Shown: one piece after another, positions 48,011 to 60,430 of the stretch | Numbering within the stretch: position 1 is the first letter of the stretch | Layout of the letters: the number at the start of each line of letters is the position of its first letter | NCBI GenBank assembly: GCA_013265495.1 | Contig: MU057944.1 | Coordinates: 62,001-126,000, forward strand | Direction: 5' to 3' | Source of the DNA: Vicugna vicugna | Taxonomy: Eukaryota | Length of the DNA: 64,000 nucleotides | Program-made: the position numbers and the translations under genes | The notes under the pieces: generated by a model | The model's database searches: none | What the model was told of the DNA's origin: nothing | Seen by the model: only the letters and a program-made list of their open reading frames with translations

Positions 48011-51000
48011 CCCTGCAGCCCTACTTCTTGGCAGGGGAAGAGTGTTCCAAGCAGATGGAACAGCGCGAGTAAAGGAGTGGAGCTTCCTCACCTGGTGAGC
48101 GATCGGCTCCGACTCAGTGACTACCCTGGGCTCCAGCCGCGTCTCCTGGCCCCTCTCCCATCCAGTCCTGCTGGTGACCCAGAATTAGCTGCTCGAGGAA
48201 GCTGGGGCCCTGGCCCAGGGCCACTTGGCCCATATTGGTGCCAGCGCACAAGTTCTCCATCTGCTTCAAGAGCTCCCGGCAGGGCCAAGACACCACAGCC
48301 AATGGGGATCAGTGGCCTGTGGGCCACCCTTGGCGGAGGAGCAAAGGTCAGAGGTGGAGTGAAGACAGCCCACTTTGGGGAGCAGAGACGTGCTTCTGGG
48401 TCGGACTGGCCTGGATTAGAGTCCGAGAGAAGCTGCAGAACCCCAGGCAGGGTCAACTAGCCTAGCCTCTGGTGGACTGCGTGTGAAGGCCCCCTTACAG
48501 CCTGCTTGCAGGGCCACCCGAGGACTCAGGCCAGCAGTCTCCATGCCATGAGAATCCTCAGGTTGTCCCCAAGGAGACCATCTGGCCCTTTGTGGGTGAG
48601 CCGTCCCCATTTTACAGATGCAGAAACTGAGAAACAGAGAGGGAAAGGGACTTGGCCAACAAATGTTTATTGACGTAGATAGTCTCGATGTCCCTCAAGT
48701 TTTGTGGAAGGCTCTGGTGTTGGGGTTTCCCTTGCCGAATTTGAACCGCCTCTCTTAGTTCCTGAAGGGAAGGGAGGGACCTCTTCGCTAAACCACGAGG
48801 TCCAGTTCAGGGAGGGAGAGGCGTATTTCCCAGACATCTGTGTATTTCTGAGCCGGCTGGGGTCCGCCCAGTGTTCTCAGGGAGTGGACTTCCAGAACGA
48901 GTAACAGGAGATGCTTTTGTGGGCTGACACTCACCTGGTCATGGAAGCTGCGGGGAGCACACACAGGGGCAACTACTCTGGGCAGCAGCGCGGACCCACA
49001 GCTTTGAGGAGGTGGGCGTAGGAAGGTGACTGGTTTTAATTTAGCCCGGCGCTCGGGGGTCCAGGGACTCACGAATTTACCAGGGCTGTTGGCAGCCTGT
49101 TTCCAACCCGCTAAACTGATTATGACTGTAAGAATAGAACGGCTCCCCTCCCTAGCTCCTTGCCTTAATATCTGTCTCTCCGCTACACTAGTTATTTTTA
49201 TCTGTTGCCTATCGTTCTGAGTGGAATTATCCCTTCCCAGCTCTGCTGATAAGGAGAGTTTCCAAATGAATTTGCACGTCACCTAAAGGTTAAATAGCTG
49301 CCTTTTTTTTTACTTCTGTCAGACCCCCACCCCTGGCTCTGCCCAACACCTCCCGCAACTCACACACAACTCCAGCCTTAGCAGTCTGTGTCCTTCATCT
49401 TCGGATTCATTTGCCGCCAGCTGGGCAGGTGACCAGGTGCAGTCTCGCACTGAGATGGATCACGGGCATGAGCGTCTGGAGTTCTGGTCAACCAGGCCAT
49501 GACCCATGGCCTGGGTGCAATGTCATAGGTCTGCCTTGGCCTTGGCATCAGCCTGGAACCCAAAACTGATGGCTGTCCTGCAGCCGGGAAAGGGACTTCC
49601 TTACACTGAGCCGCTCCTATGTCCTGAGTGCTTTGCACAACCCAGCAAAGAGGGGGTGATGCACCCGGCTTTTCACACAGATACCGAAGTCCAGGCGGCA
49701 CTCGCCCAAGCGCACAAGGTGGGTGGCGGGGGTGGAATTTGAAACCACCTCTAAGGTCTTGTGACTGCCCTGAGCCACCGGCTTGCTCTGCAGTTGGAAC
49801 GGAAGTGTCCGGGGGAACAAGAAGAGGAAGACGGCTTCCCCATTTAAAAAGAGGGAGAGGCTGCTTCCACGGCCACTGTCAACGCAGTTCGGCTGAGGGA
49901 CTGACTTTTTAATAAGCCACCAAAGCAGTGCTGCATTTACTGCTTATGCTAGTGACAAGGAGCACATTAGAAATTGGAGCGAAGTTGGGGTATGACAGGT
50001 GGGTAATAATATGACTTGCATCCTTGGGGGCTTGGGTTTAAGTGACGTGGTAGTTACTGCAAGGGCCTGAGCTGTAAAATCAGATGCCGATAAACACCAC
50101 TGAGGTGTTCACAGATGCTACGGCTCTTGTAAGGATGACAGCCACAGAAATTGGGGATGGGGTGCCGAGAAGGGAAAGAGTGGCCAGGAGTAAGTCTCCT
50201 GCTTGCATTTACTAGATACACACAAAGAATGCGTATTCCCCACTTAGAGAGATCCCAGTCTCTGCAGATCCTGTACATTTCGTGTTTCTTAAATCTGAGC
50301 TTCTTCTCGTGGCCACGCCTCCAGGATAAAAATGAGCACATACTTGTTGTCAGGCCGTTGCAGGCTCAGTCAGAGACTTTACAGTTCAATAGGAACTCAG
50401 ATTTCTTTTTTCCTGTCTTGTCATCCCTCGATGCTTCTCTTTGGGAGGTGAGTGAATTGGAGTTGCTTAATTAAGCAGAGGGAACGCTAAGAGATGCTTT
50501 GGAATCTGTCTTCAGCCACGTATGGGGATTTCTGCAGAGGACGCCAGTTTGTACTCAGAACAGGAAAATGGGCTTAAACGCACAGGAGAGGATCAGGCTA
50601 GGAGTCAGGGAGAGAAGTAAGATAAAGAGGTCCCACAGATTCGGGGTCAATACCTTGCATAAGCCACGTTGCTTCTCTGAGACACATTTATCTCCCCTGT
50701 AAGATGCGGGGGACGACACCCACTTCTGAAGGTATGAGGAGAGTAACACGAAATACTGTGTGTCAAGCACTCGGCGCCGTGTCTGACCGCCAGCTCACTG
50801 CCATCAGCGCTGCCATTGTTGAATGTCAAGTGGGTGCCGCTGTGGGCGTGCGTGAGACAGCTCCAAAAGGAAGCAGGCCGGGGACGCCGCTTCCGACAGT
50901 CCCGAGCCTGTGGACCGAGCTCGGCCACCCAGCTCCGGGACTCTCGAAACTGCGGCCAGAGACGATTCGGAAGAGGGGGAAGATACTCTGGGGGCAATTC

Positions 51001-51189
51001 TTTTCACAATCTTGAGGCTGTTCACAGATTTGTTAACAATTTGAGGACTTTCTCTCAATGAAATCTTTTGAAATGTTTTATCACTTGCTTTCCTCTTAGG
51101 CTGTTTGCTCAACGTCTGGGGAAAAAACCATCCCCGCTGTTTCAGTTCAGAGCCCCTTAAGCGTGGCTGCCGGCCAGGGTGGCCCACTT

Positions 51190-51575
51190 TCTTTTTTCCC
51201 TGTTATAATGGTGTTAAATATAATTCGCAGGCTATACCGTCCACCCACGTCAAGTGTACAGCCCTAGGCAACCTGCTTCCTATTTCTATAGATTTGCCTA
51301 TTCTGAAAATTTCATAGAACACAGATAAACAGACTCACGCAGTGTTGGTCTTCTGTGACTGGCTTCTTTCACTTAGCATCGTGTTTTCAAGGTTTTTCTA
51401 TGTTGTGGCATGTGTCAGTGCCTCATTCCCTTTTTGGGGCAGAAGAATGTTGCATGACGTGATGCAGCTGTGGTGCATTTTGCTGATCCACTCGGTTGAT
51501 GGGCACGTGCGTGGCTCCCACTTATCAGACCTTGGGAACAGTGCTGCCATGACCATTCATGTACAAGTTGTCCAT
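51190..51575 (-). mobile_element. L1M 3' region fragment
   Basis: tttctatagatttgcctattctgaaaatttcata...ggtcttctgtgactggcttctttcacttagcatcgtgttttcaaggtt...aacagtgctgccatgaccattcatgtacaagt. Confidence 0.85.
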
Positions 51576-52034
51576 TCAGTTCTGCTTCTCCCTTAAAAAC
51601 AGATCTCCATGGAAACAACAAAGGATTGACAATATTAACCAGAATTGAGGACAACATACTTTAAAAGGGTACAAATTTAGAGACAGATTGAACGATACCC
51701 AAGTATCTGTATTTGCATTCTTATTCCATTGCCTTGCACTGAGAGACCATAACAGAACGGCATCTGGAACTCACCAGTGACTTTACTAGAAAGATGTCAT
51801 CACGAACATTGTCCCCTGTCTCATCACGTGCATCCTTTGAAGGTCGGTGAGATAAAATTTTCTCCAGTCCTTCTCAAGTCAATGCGATAAGAACTGCAAT
51901 TCTAAGTGACTGGTTCATTTTTAGCTCATAGATGCAGAACCTTACAGCTGATCATGCTTTCTTCTTTGCTGTGGTCACTAGAATGTCCAGAGGGAAATTT
52001 CTAGGCCAGTTCCAGTGGGTTCTGGAACCAGTGC

Positions 52035-52235
52035 AGGGCCTGTACCAAGCACTCTTCACGCACTAGCCTGGATTTCCCTCCAACAGGCCTTCAGGGGCAA
52101 GAATGATGTGATTCCCATTTTACAGATGAGAAATCAGAGGTGGATGAGTTGCCCGAGGTCACGTGGCAGGAGGGACAGAGCTGGGATTTAAATCTACTTC
52201 TTTTTTTATTCCGAGGCCCAGCTCTGAACCACTAT
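52035..52235 (-). mobile_element. MIR SINE
   Basis: attcccattttacagatgagaaatcagagg...gcccgaggtcac...cagagctgggatttaaatc. Confidence 0.8.
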
Positions 52236-52889
52236 CTGCATGACTGTATGCATTTTTAAAAATCCACTTCAAAGCCTTTCTGAGAAGTGGAGGAGAGACA
52301 CGGATCTCCTTAATCTTTAACTTCTTTCACTCACTGCTTAATTTACCCCAATCTGATCCCAGATCTGGTTATCACTCACCTGCTCTGAATCTCATTAGAA
52401 TGTCCTTCTGGGACGTTACGGCCATCAAGATAGCCTCATGTCAGAAGCCTTTATCTGTCAATGTCTTTTCTCCATCACGGCCATAATCAGTTGCCAGAGC
52501 TAATAAAGAAGGCAGGATTATTTTGTCCTTCTAGGCTTTTCTGAGTGTCTAAAGCTTTCCTACTGTTTCTCCTTCGTTCCCACTCTATCTCGTTAGACCT
52601 TTTATAGCAACCATTAAATATCAATAAGATAAAGTAATTAGGATGTGGTGGTAGAACTTTCCTGCCTTGAAACCTCCCCTGGATGGTCCCACCCCAGTCG
52701 TCACTCCCCAGCACAGAATCCTGTGCAGCCAGGGCTGCTGGGCGAGGTTAGGTTAAGGAGAGCATCGCGGCGTTCTTAGCAGCATCTCACACAGGAGCAG
52801 AGCGTCTGCTCCCTGGGCTAGACACCCTCTGTCCCCTTCTCCAGGTACGATGCAAATGTAGCCGGATATGCCTTTTAAAATGTTTCCTC

Positions 52890-53035
52890 TTCTTTCTGGA
52901 ATTGTGGTCAGAGAGGAAGGCCTGAAGACTCCCATCTGGGATTTATTGAGATTTTCCTTGTGATCCAGTATGTGGCCAACTTTTAAAAATATTCTCTGGG
53001 CATTTGAAAGAAAATAGATGTTTTCTGTTTGGGAC
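52890..53035 (-). mobile_element. L1 ORF2 endonuclease-domain remnant
   Basis: ORF 52753..53088 contains ENIYFLSNAQRIFLKVGHILDHKENLNK (compare L1 EN EYTFFS-AHGTFSKIDHILGHK-SLNK); the SDHN motif (tctgaccacaat on -) follows in a shifted frame. Confidence 0.75.
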
Positions 53036-53544
53036 CCACACAGACACACGCCACACGTACACACACACTCTGTGCTCAACACACGCATATGCTAAATTGA
53101 GTTTTTTAATTGTGTCTTCAGAATGCATCTAAGCAAAACAAAGTTTATCAGCTGAAAATGGAAAGTCTTTTCTCAACAGACTTAAAATAAATTATGGGGA
53201 GTAGCTGGATCTAGTTAATGAAGCAGCTGTCTGCATTTTGGCCCTGGGGCTGGTCATGAAAACTGTGACCTCTTCTCAGATTCAAGTCACCAGGGCTGTG
53301 GTTCTGCCCTCACTCCTGCTCTGGTTCTTCGCGCCTGGGATTTGCAAAGCCCTTCCTAGGAGAAGGCATGGAAAGAAAGAAATGGAAGACATCATCCCTG
53401 CCCTAGGATAACAGAAGGAGCCGGGGTGGAAAAACAATGAGGTTATTATTATTCGTGAGCCATAAGGAATTCTAATAAAGGATCTGATTTCCTTCCTCAT
53501 GTCTGTTACCCCACTGAGGGACCTTTGCTGTGTTCTGTTCACTC

Positions 53545-54038
53545 ACCACCCATTACTCTGATTTCCTCCCAGAAAATCACCCCTCCCCACTCTTAATCCC
53601 TTTTGTGCAGGTGGGGTTCACTCCAGTCCTGAGCATTACTCCCCCCGGGTCACATTGATTGGTTCAAGGATGGACACTTGAATCAGTCAGTGCTGGAGAG
53701 AGACAACGAGGCTTTTACTGAGCTCGCTGGACGGGAGATACACGCTTACCTAGTGAACTTGCACAAGGGAGAAGACGAGGCTGGAGCTGCTGGCAGCCAC
53801 CTTGCCACCAGGAGGAGACAACCTGTCTAAGGGCTGACTCAACATAGGGAGGGGAGCCAGCTATCGCCCGAGAGAGAAGCAGGGCTGCTAGTATCACTTG
53901 AGCTCATTGGCCAAGCCATATCCGAAGGTAGAACTCCCCTTGGACCTGTCAGTTATGAGAGCCAATAATCTTCATTTTATTTAAACCAGTTTGGTTTGAG
54001 TTGTCTGCCATTAGTCATTGAAAACCCCAACTGACACC
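53545..54038 (+). mobile_element. MLT1K-like LTR
   Basis: tgattggttcaaggatggacac...ggagctgctggcagccacctt...tcagttatgagagccaataa...ttaaaccagtttggtttgagtt...ccaactgacac. Confidence 0.7.
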
Positions 54039-55554
54039 AGTGCCTACAGAGTATGCTGAACACGTGAAGGAAGAGGGTGTAAATTTGAACAAGAAACTGT
54101 CCCTCTTCTCCAAGATCTAACAGTAGAGTAAGAGTAACACAGATCTGAAGCATCATTAAACTACAGCCTGACAATTGCTGTACTGAGTGTGTGACTTGCC
54201 AGAAGAGGAAGTAACTGACCTTTCAGTGTCCTGCCTGCAGAAGGCTTTCTGCAAGGAGGAGCTTAGGGGCCCTTGCGTCGGGGTGGAAGCTGGGAAGAGG
54301 CACCTGGCTCTCCGGGGGCACCACGGCACCGAGACCCCTGAGGGTTTCCCACTACCTGTGCACTTCCGATCAATCCAGCTCCTGTTCCAATCAGATCTGG
54401 TAGGGGTCTGTTTAATTGCTTTGGAGTGATTTTTGCCAGTAGTGCCTTTCAAACCCCCAGCCCAGGGACCGAGAGATATTAGTCACGTCAGGGAGTTTCC
54501 CCTACTGACTACAGTGAAAATCAGCCTGGGGTGGAGATAATTTAAATACACTTTTTAAAAACAGCATTCCTGAGTGCACCTAGGATGCTAGCAGGCGGTT
54601 TGACAAATGGTAGGCGGAGTGCTTTGGGTCAGTAATAACACAGCAGTGATAATCACGGGACCTACCGTTGGTCACAGGCTCCGAAGCGTGCAGACGCTGT
54701 CGCTGCCTGAGCCCTTTTATGTATGTTCCGGGGTGTACTCGGCTTTGCAAACCAGGACGTGGGGCCAGTTTCACTGGTTACTGATCACCGGCACAATGCG
54801 TGGACTTAATTGTTACTGTTTGTATTATTGCCCTGCATACAGTGTCTCATCTCCTTCTCATGACAACACTGAGACAGAAACTACGTTATACCCATTTTGC
54901 AGGTGATGGAAGAGAGATTATCTGCCCAGCTAGGAAGGGGCAAAGCTGGGGTTTGATCTCAGGGAGGTCCTGTCTCTCCTGTAGTTCCATTTATGCCAGG
55001 ACAAGACATTTTCTGTAGCTGAGTTTTCCTGTCCCTTTTTCTGCAGCTGTCAGGTGGTGAGCACTAGGGCCGAGGACCAGGTCTGTCCTGGAACCCTGCT
55101 TTGAAACACCTGGGGTGCCGTTGCGCTGTTGTTCCCACACCTGGGGCAGGATCTGATGACCAGCCAAGGGCATCACCCAGTGAATACAGAGAGGCACTGC
55201 CGAGTGTTCAGAAAAGGCCAGGGAGAGGGTTGTCCCTCAGTGTGGCGAGCAGATTCCATCTCAGCAGCAGGCTCCCTGCCTCTCAACGAGATGTAGGAAC
55301 TCTGCTGTGTTTTGGGTTTGTTTTTGTTTTATTTTAGGGGTTAGGGGAAGATATGGTTGATGAAACCTCTGCCCTCACCTGTTCCAGAAAACAGGTGTTT
55401 CTATTTCAAAGACAGCTTTGAGCAGCAGTGCAGAACAGGGCCCAGTGGATGCGGTCCTTACCTGTCTTCCATTCAGCCAGAGATGCAAAACTCAGATTCT
55501 CTGTTTAACAATCAGAGACTTTCACTGAAGACTAGATTTGAGGGATCAGAGATG

Positions 55555-56030
55555 AATTAGATTCAGTTCCTAACTTTGGAGACCTCACTGTCAGAAAGAG
55601 AGGCGGGCGTGTCAACCACTGTAAATAATCCTAAGACAACCCGAGGGCCATGATGCCGCTGGTGTATACATGTAGGGTGCTCTGAGAGCCCGAGAGAGGG
55701 GTGATGAACTCTGATGAGGAATAATTTCAGGGGAAATTTAAGGAGAATAAGGAGTCAACTAGAGTGGGTCCTTGAAGGATGAATAGGAGTTCGTGAATAG
55801 AAGTAGGGGGCACAGCATTTCGGTCAGATGGAACCAAACGGGCAGAGGCACAGAGATTCAATGTGCATAGTGTGTTTGGGAGCAGTAAACAGTCTTGCAG
55901 ACTAGAACACAGAGTGGGGGGGGCAGAAAGGGTCATTCATTCATTCATTCATTCTTCTATTCATGATTTCCTTCTTTCATCCAGCTAGGAGGCAATTACT
56001 GAATCTCTGCTAGGAGTCAGGCACAGATCA
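55555..56030 (-). mobile_element. L2 fragments, including a (TTCA)n tail at ~55934-55965
   Basis: gggtccttgaaggatgaataggagtt...gcagaggcacagag...gtgtgtttgggagcagtaa; tcattcattcattcattcattc. Confidence 0.7.
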
Positions 56031-56399
56031 GAGGGAGAAAAAGTTGGCTCGACTCAGTGAGAGCAAATTATTTCCAAACCAGGATGCTCAGCAGAGTGGG
56101 GAGGGTTCCACCCCCACCACCAAGCTCGAGGTTTAAAAGAAGTGCCAGGTGAGCTGAAATCTTCCTGTACAGGACAGCTGTTAAACCTCAGGAACGTGTT
56201 CCTGTTGAGAAGTGACGAAAGCTGCAAATGCCACGTCAAAGGACTGTTTCAACAAGCAGGACTTGCTAAGTCCAAGGTGGGCGGGATACAGCCCCAAACC
56301 TTGAGGTGGAAACAGTGGTGGAAGCCAGGCGGCAGGTTAGCCTGTGTTTTCATCCCGCCGCCCACAGCATCTGGCAGCACCTGGCACAGGGTTGCAGTT

Positions 56400-56660
56400 T
56401 GAGGACGGGCTCTGAATTCAGATCGCCAGGGCCATACGTCAGCTGCAGCGCTTTTTGGCCGTCACCTCCCGTCGCTGGACCACTGTCTTCCCACGCGTGA
56501 AATGGGACGATACTAACACCCATCCTGCAAGGAGGTTGTGATGTTCTGAGACGCAGCTGGTCGCTACATGAGAAGGCTCCTCCCAGGGCCCTGCCACAAG
56601 AATGTTCAGTGTCACCGACTCCTGGTGCCACCCTGCACTGTGCCAGGCACACCAGCACTT
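56400..56660 (+). mobile_element. MIR SINE (decayed)
   Basis: ggctctgaattcagat...gtgaaatgggacgatactaacac...ggttgtgatg...gcactgtgccaggcacac. Confidence 0.55.
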
Positions 56661-57302
56661 ACTGCTGGTCAGAGTGAATGGCAAACCCCAGGTGCCACTT
56701 CTTCAGTGGATCTTTTCCCTCTGAAATGTATCGACGCCTGCAGTGGGAAGCTAGTCAACATCCAGTGTGAAGATTCCAAGGGGCGGGAGAAACTTCTTCC
56801 TCTGCCCGCTGCCCAAGGTCAGAGACACTTTACTACCCAGCACACCCCAGGCCTGGAGATGCCAGAGGAACAGACTTTTCCAGACGAATGTGGATGTGCT
56901 GCCTTCTCAGTATGAAAATAGACCACCCTGGGACTGGAGTAGCTAATGAAGATGATAATTAGAATTGCTTATTAGGACCTGTCTTCTAAAGTTCATTTGT
57001 GCTTTTAATAGAATCTAGAAGGCATCTGCTTAGCGGGGATGACAGATCGTCCCGATTTTGTGTATTTTAAAACAAGATCTTTGCACCCTGGCTTCTCTTG
57101 GTCTCGCTCCCACCCCCACCTCTGCCATCTGCTGCTGAGATAGCCTTTCCCCCACTGGAGGAGCCTTGAAGGTGCAACCAGCAAACACTGCTCTTGCCAA
57201 GGAGCCCGCACCCCCTCTTCCCCGCAAACCGGAGAGACAGCTGGTCCCCCCCAACCCACTGTATAATCCCCTACTGGCCACCCTCCTTCTTGTCGTCCAG
57301 GC

Positions 57303-57720
57303 TGTCCTAGGTTGAACAGTGTCCCCTAAAAATTCATCTCCACTCAGAACCTCAAAATGTGATCCTGTTTAGGAATAAAATTTTTGTGGATGTATCTAAT
57401 CAAGTTAACGGGAGGTCACACTGGGTAAGGACAGGCCCTAACCCCCAATCTGGTGTCCCTATAAGATGACCTCGGGAAGACGCGCAGGGAAAAGACCACG
57501 CAACCACAGAGGCAGCGGCTGGACGGATGTGTCTATAAACCGTACAGACAATGAACGCCAAAGGTCGCCAGCGAGCTCCCAACTCTGGGAGCGGCAAGGG
57601 AGGGCTCTTCCCTGGCATCTTCGGAGGAAACCCGCCTCCCCACACTTCAGCCCCCAGAGCTGTGAGAGCAGATACCCAGCATGTGGCGCCTGGGCACGGC
57701 GGCGCTGTGAGACCAATACA
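57303..57720 (+). mobile_element. MLT1C-like solo LTR
   Basis: tgtcctaggttgaacagtgtcccctaaaaattcat...agaacctcaaaatgtga...ctggtgtccctataaga...cttcagcccccagagctgtgaga...ccaataca (TG...CA). Confidence 0.8.
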
Positions 57721-59753
57721 ACACCCTGCTTTCAGTTTCTTGAACTTCCCCAGCTGCCTCCCAACTCCCCGCCCCGGCACCTGCTGTTCCCTCCGCCTGG
57801 GACTCCCTTCCAGCTTCCCATCCCGTCTCAGTTCTTTGGCTGTCCCATCCCCATGTCACCCGTCCAGCCCTGCTTAAGATCCCAGGTTAGATAAGCTGCC
57901 CTCTTGGCTTCTCCAGACTTGGATTCTGCTGGACGCCCCCGAACCCTGCACTCATCAGACCTGTGTGTCCGTGTCTGTCCTCATCACTAGACCTCAGATT
58001 TGGTGGAGGCACCGCCATGGTTGGTCTTGCCCACTGGCTTATCCCCAGGGCCTGTCCCCGGCCTGCAGTAGGACCTTGGGAGGGGTCTCTGCAGTCAGAG
58101 TTGAATTGAGCTACATTCCTGGCCACGACTAGCTGTGCTGTGAGCTCCGCCGTCACCACCTCCACCACGGGAGACAAGACAACAGCAGCCATCATCTCTA
58201 ACTTTGCCACCAAAGGCACTGTTAGGTCCTGTTCAACCAAAAGCTCTGTCACCTAGTTCACTGGTCAGTTGAAAACCCTGGCAAATGACACATGTCACCT
58301 CCATGGGGTGAGGTCCCTGTGTAGTGAGCTCTCTGGACCCCTGCCGTTCTCTTCTGCGAGTCCGTTGCTCATAGATGGTTATTTCATGAATTACCCTATT
58401 ATTTAATGAGTTACCCTAAGCAAGGCAAGCCAGACGGAAAGCAAGCTTCTGATTTCTCTGGGATTCAGCTGGAGCCCTTGCCTTAGTCCCCCAAGCTGCT
58501 GAGGGGTAAGACCTGTGTTCTCATCAGCGCTTTGTCCCTGGAGCCTGGCAAACCATAGAAAATCCTTGATCCTAATATTGCTAAACCCAGAGACATCAGA
58601 ATGTCCTTTGTGCCCTTTCAAGGCATCAGGTCTGGCTCTGTGAGCCCGGGCACCTAACCTGAGGCTCCCAGCATGGAATTCTCTGTGGGAGATCCTAGTC
58701 TATGGAGAACTCCCTCATTGCCATGGTAAAAACTTGGGTTTGAAAAGAAAAGAATGGAAGCAGGGAGCTGAGTGAGGATGGCCACTCCCCTGCACGTGGT
58801 GGTGGACTTTTGACCTTGCAATGCCCTTCTCCTGAATCCCAAGTTCAGGCTCATTTTCCCTAGGCCTCCTTGGCTACCATGCTTGGCTGTGGCCCAGCCA
58901 GGGCCCTCTGGGGGCAGGGGAGCCAGCCAAGGTCAGGGCCCCCAATCCACAGAGCACAAAAACCTGCCTTCACACCAACGCTTGGCTTCCCTCCCCTCCT
59001 CTTTCCCCCTGGAGATTTGCTGTGTTGTGAGCTCTGCGAGAGTGGGGAGACTCATTCTGCACCCAGGCTCTGGTCTGAGAGGAAAACAGAATACAAAAGC
59101 TGCACTTGACTTAGACCAGGGGGCCAAAATAGAAATTCAGGAGCACTTCATTCCCTGGGGCAGATCCCAGCCCCCGTGCTGATTGCGAGTGAGCATGGCG
59201 TCCCGGGGGCATCCACCCGCCTCCTAGACCACAGGCACACAGGCTTCTGTCCTTCCCAGTGCCTGTTTCCTGCTCCATGAAGTGGGGAAGCTGCAGCATC
59301 CTTCTCCCAGGGATGCTGAGAGGATGAAGTGGCGTAGCCCATCGTCCTCACCCGACCGAGTTCCCGGGCTGTTGGTTGTGCTGTTAGTGATAACAGCGGG
59401 CACCCCGGCAAGCACCCTGGCTGAAACCCCGCCTTCCGTGTCAGCTTCGCTTGGTGTCTTTGGAGACCGCTGGGGTGGCAGCCGGCAAATCAGCCAGCAC
59501 GGCCGCTGGTCCAGGAGGGCTCGCACCTGGCCCTGAGCCCTCAGCTTTTCCGTGCTGAGCCTGTGACGTGTGGGAGACTCCAGGCTGGGCCGAGGCAGGC
59601 AGAGGGGAGATGGAGACACAATTTCACCACAGGAAGGAGAGAAGCAAACCAGGGTGACTTCACATCAGCATCACCAAGGCTGCTGCCAGGCTGCTGCCTG
59701 GAGGGGAACTGTCCTGATGCCCCCCAGAAACATTGGCTTCACTGCCGCTGCTA

Positions 59754-60266
59754 CAGACGGTCCCCGATTTATGATGGTTCGACCTATGATTTTTTTTTAC
59801 TTTACAATGGTTGCAAGAGCGACATGCGTTCAGTAGGAACCATGAGTCGAGTTTGAATTTGGATCTTTTCCAAGGCCAGTGACATGCAGTCCAACACTCT
59901 CTCGTGATGCTGGGTAGCGGTGGTGAGCCACGGCTCCCCGTCCGCGATGAGATCACGAGGGTGAACACCTGATACACTCACACGCATTCTGGACCGGACG
60001 ACCACTGTGTCTTTCACTTTCAGTAAACTATTTGATAAATGACATGAGACAGTCAACAGCCTTTATTATAAAAAGGTCTTTGTGCTGGATGATTTCACTC
60101 CACTATCGGCTAATGTAAGTGTTCCGAGCACATTTAAGGTGGGCGAGGCTACACTGTGATGTTTGGTTGGTTAGGTGTGTATTAAATGCATTTGCAACTT
60201 ATGATGTCTTCATTTGACGGTAGGTTTATCGGGACAAACCCCCCACTGTAAGCTGAGAAAAGTATG
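59754..60266 (-). mobile_element. MER47/Tigger5-derived MITE with TA target duplication
   Basis: TA(59752-59753) cagacggtccccgatttatgatggttcgac ... ttaggtgtgtattaaatgcattt...gtttatcgggac...tgtaagctgagaaaagtatg TA(60267-60268). Confidence 0.85.
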
Positions 60267-60289
60267 TAACTGTTGCCGCATCTCTTGGG

Positions 60290-60430
60290 CATGTACTGAG
60301 TGCCAGACACTTTCCCTGGAATAGAGCCACTTTATAGACGAGAAAACTGAGGCTCAGAGAGTTGAAACCACTCTCCTAAGGCCACACAGAACAGAGCTGG
60401 GATGCGAGCCCAGGATTACTGACACTGCTA
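60290..60430 (-). mobile_element. MIR SINE
   Basis: cactttatagacgagaaaactgaggctcagagagttgaa...cctaaggccacacag. Confidence 0.8.
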
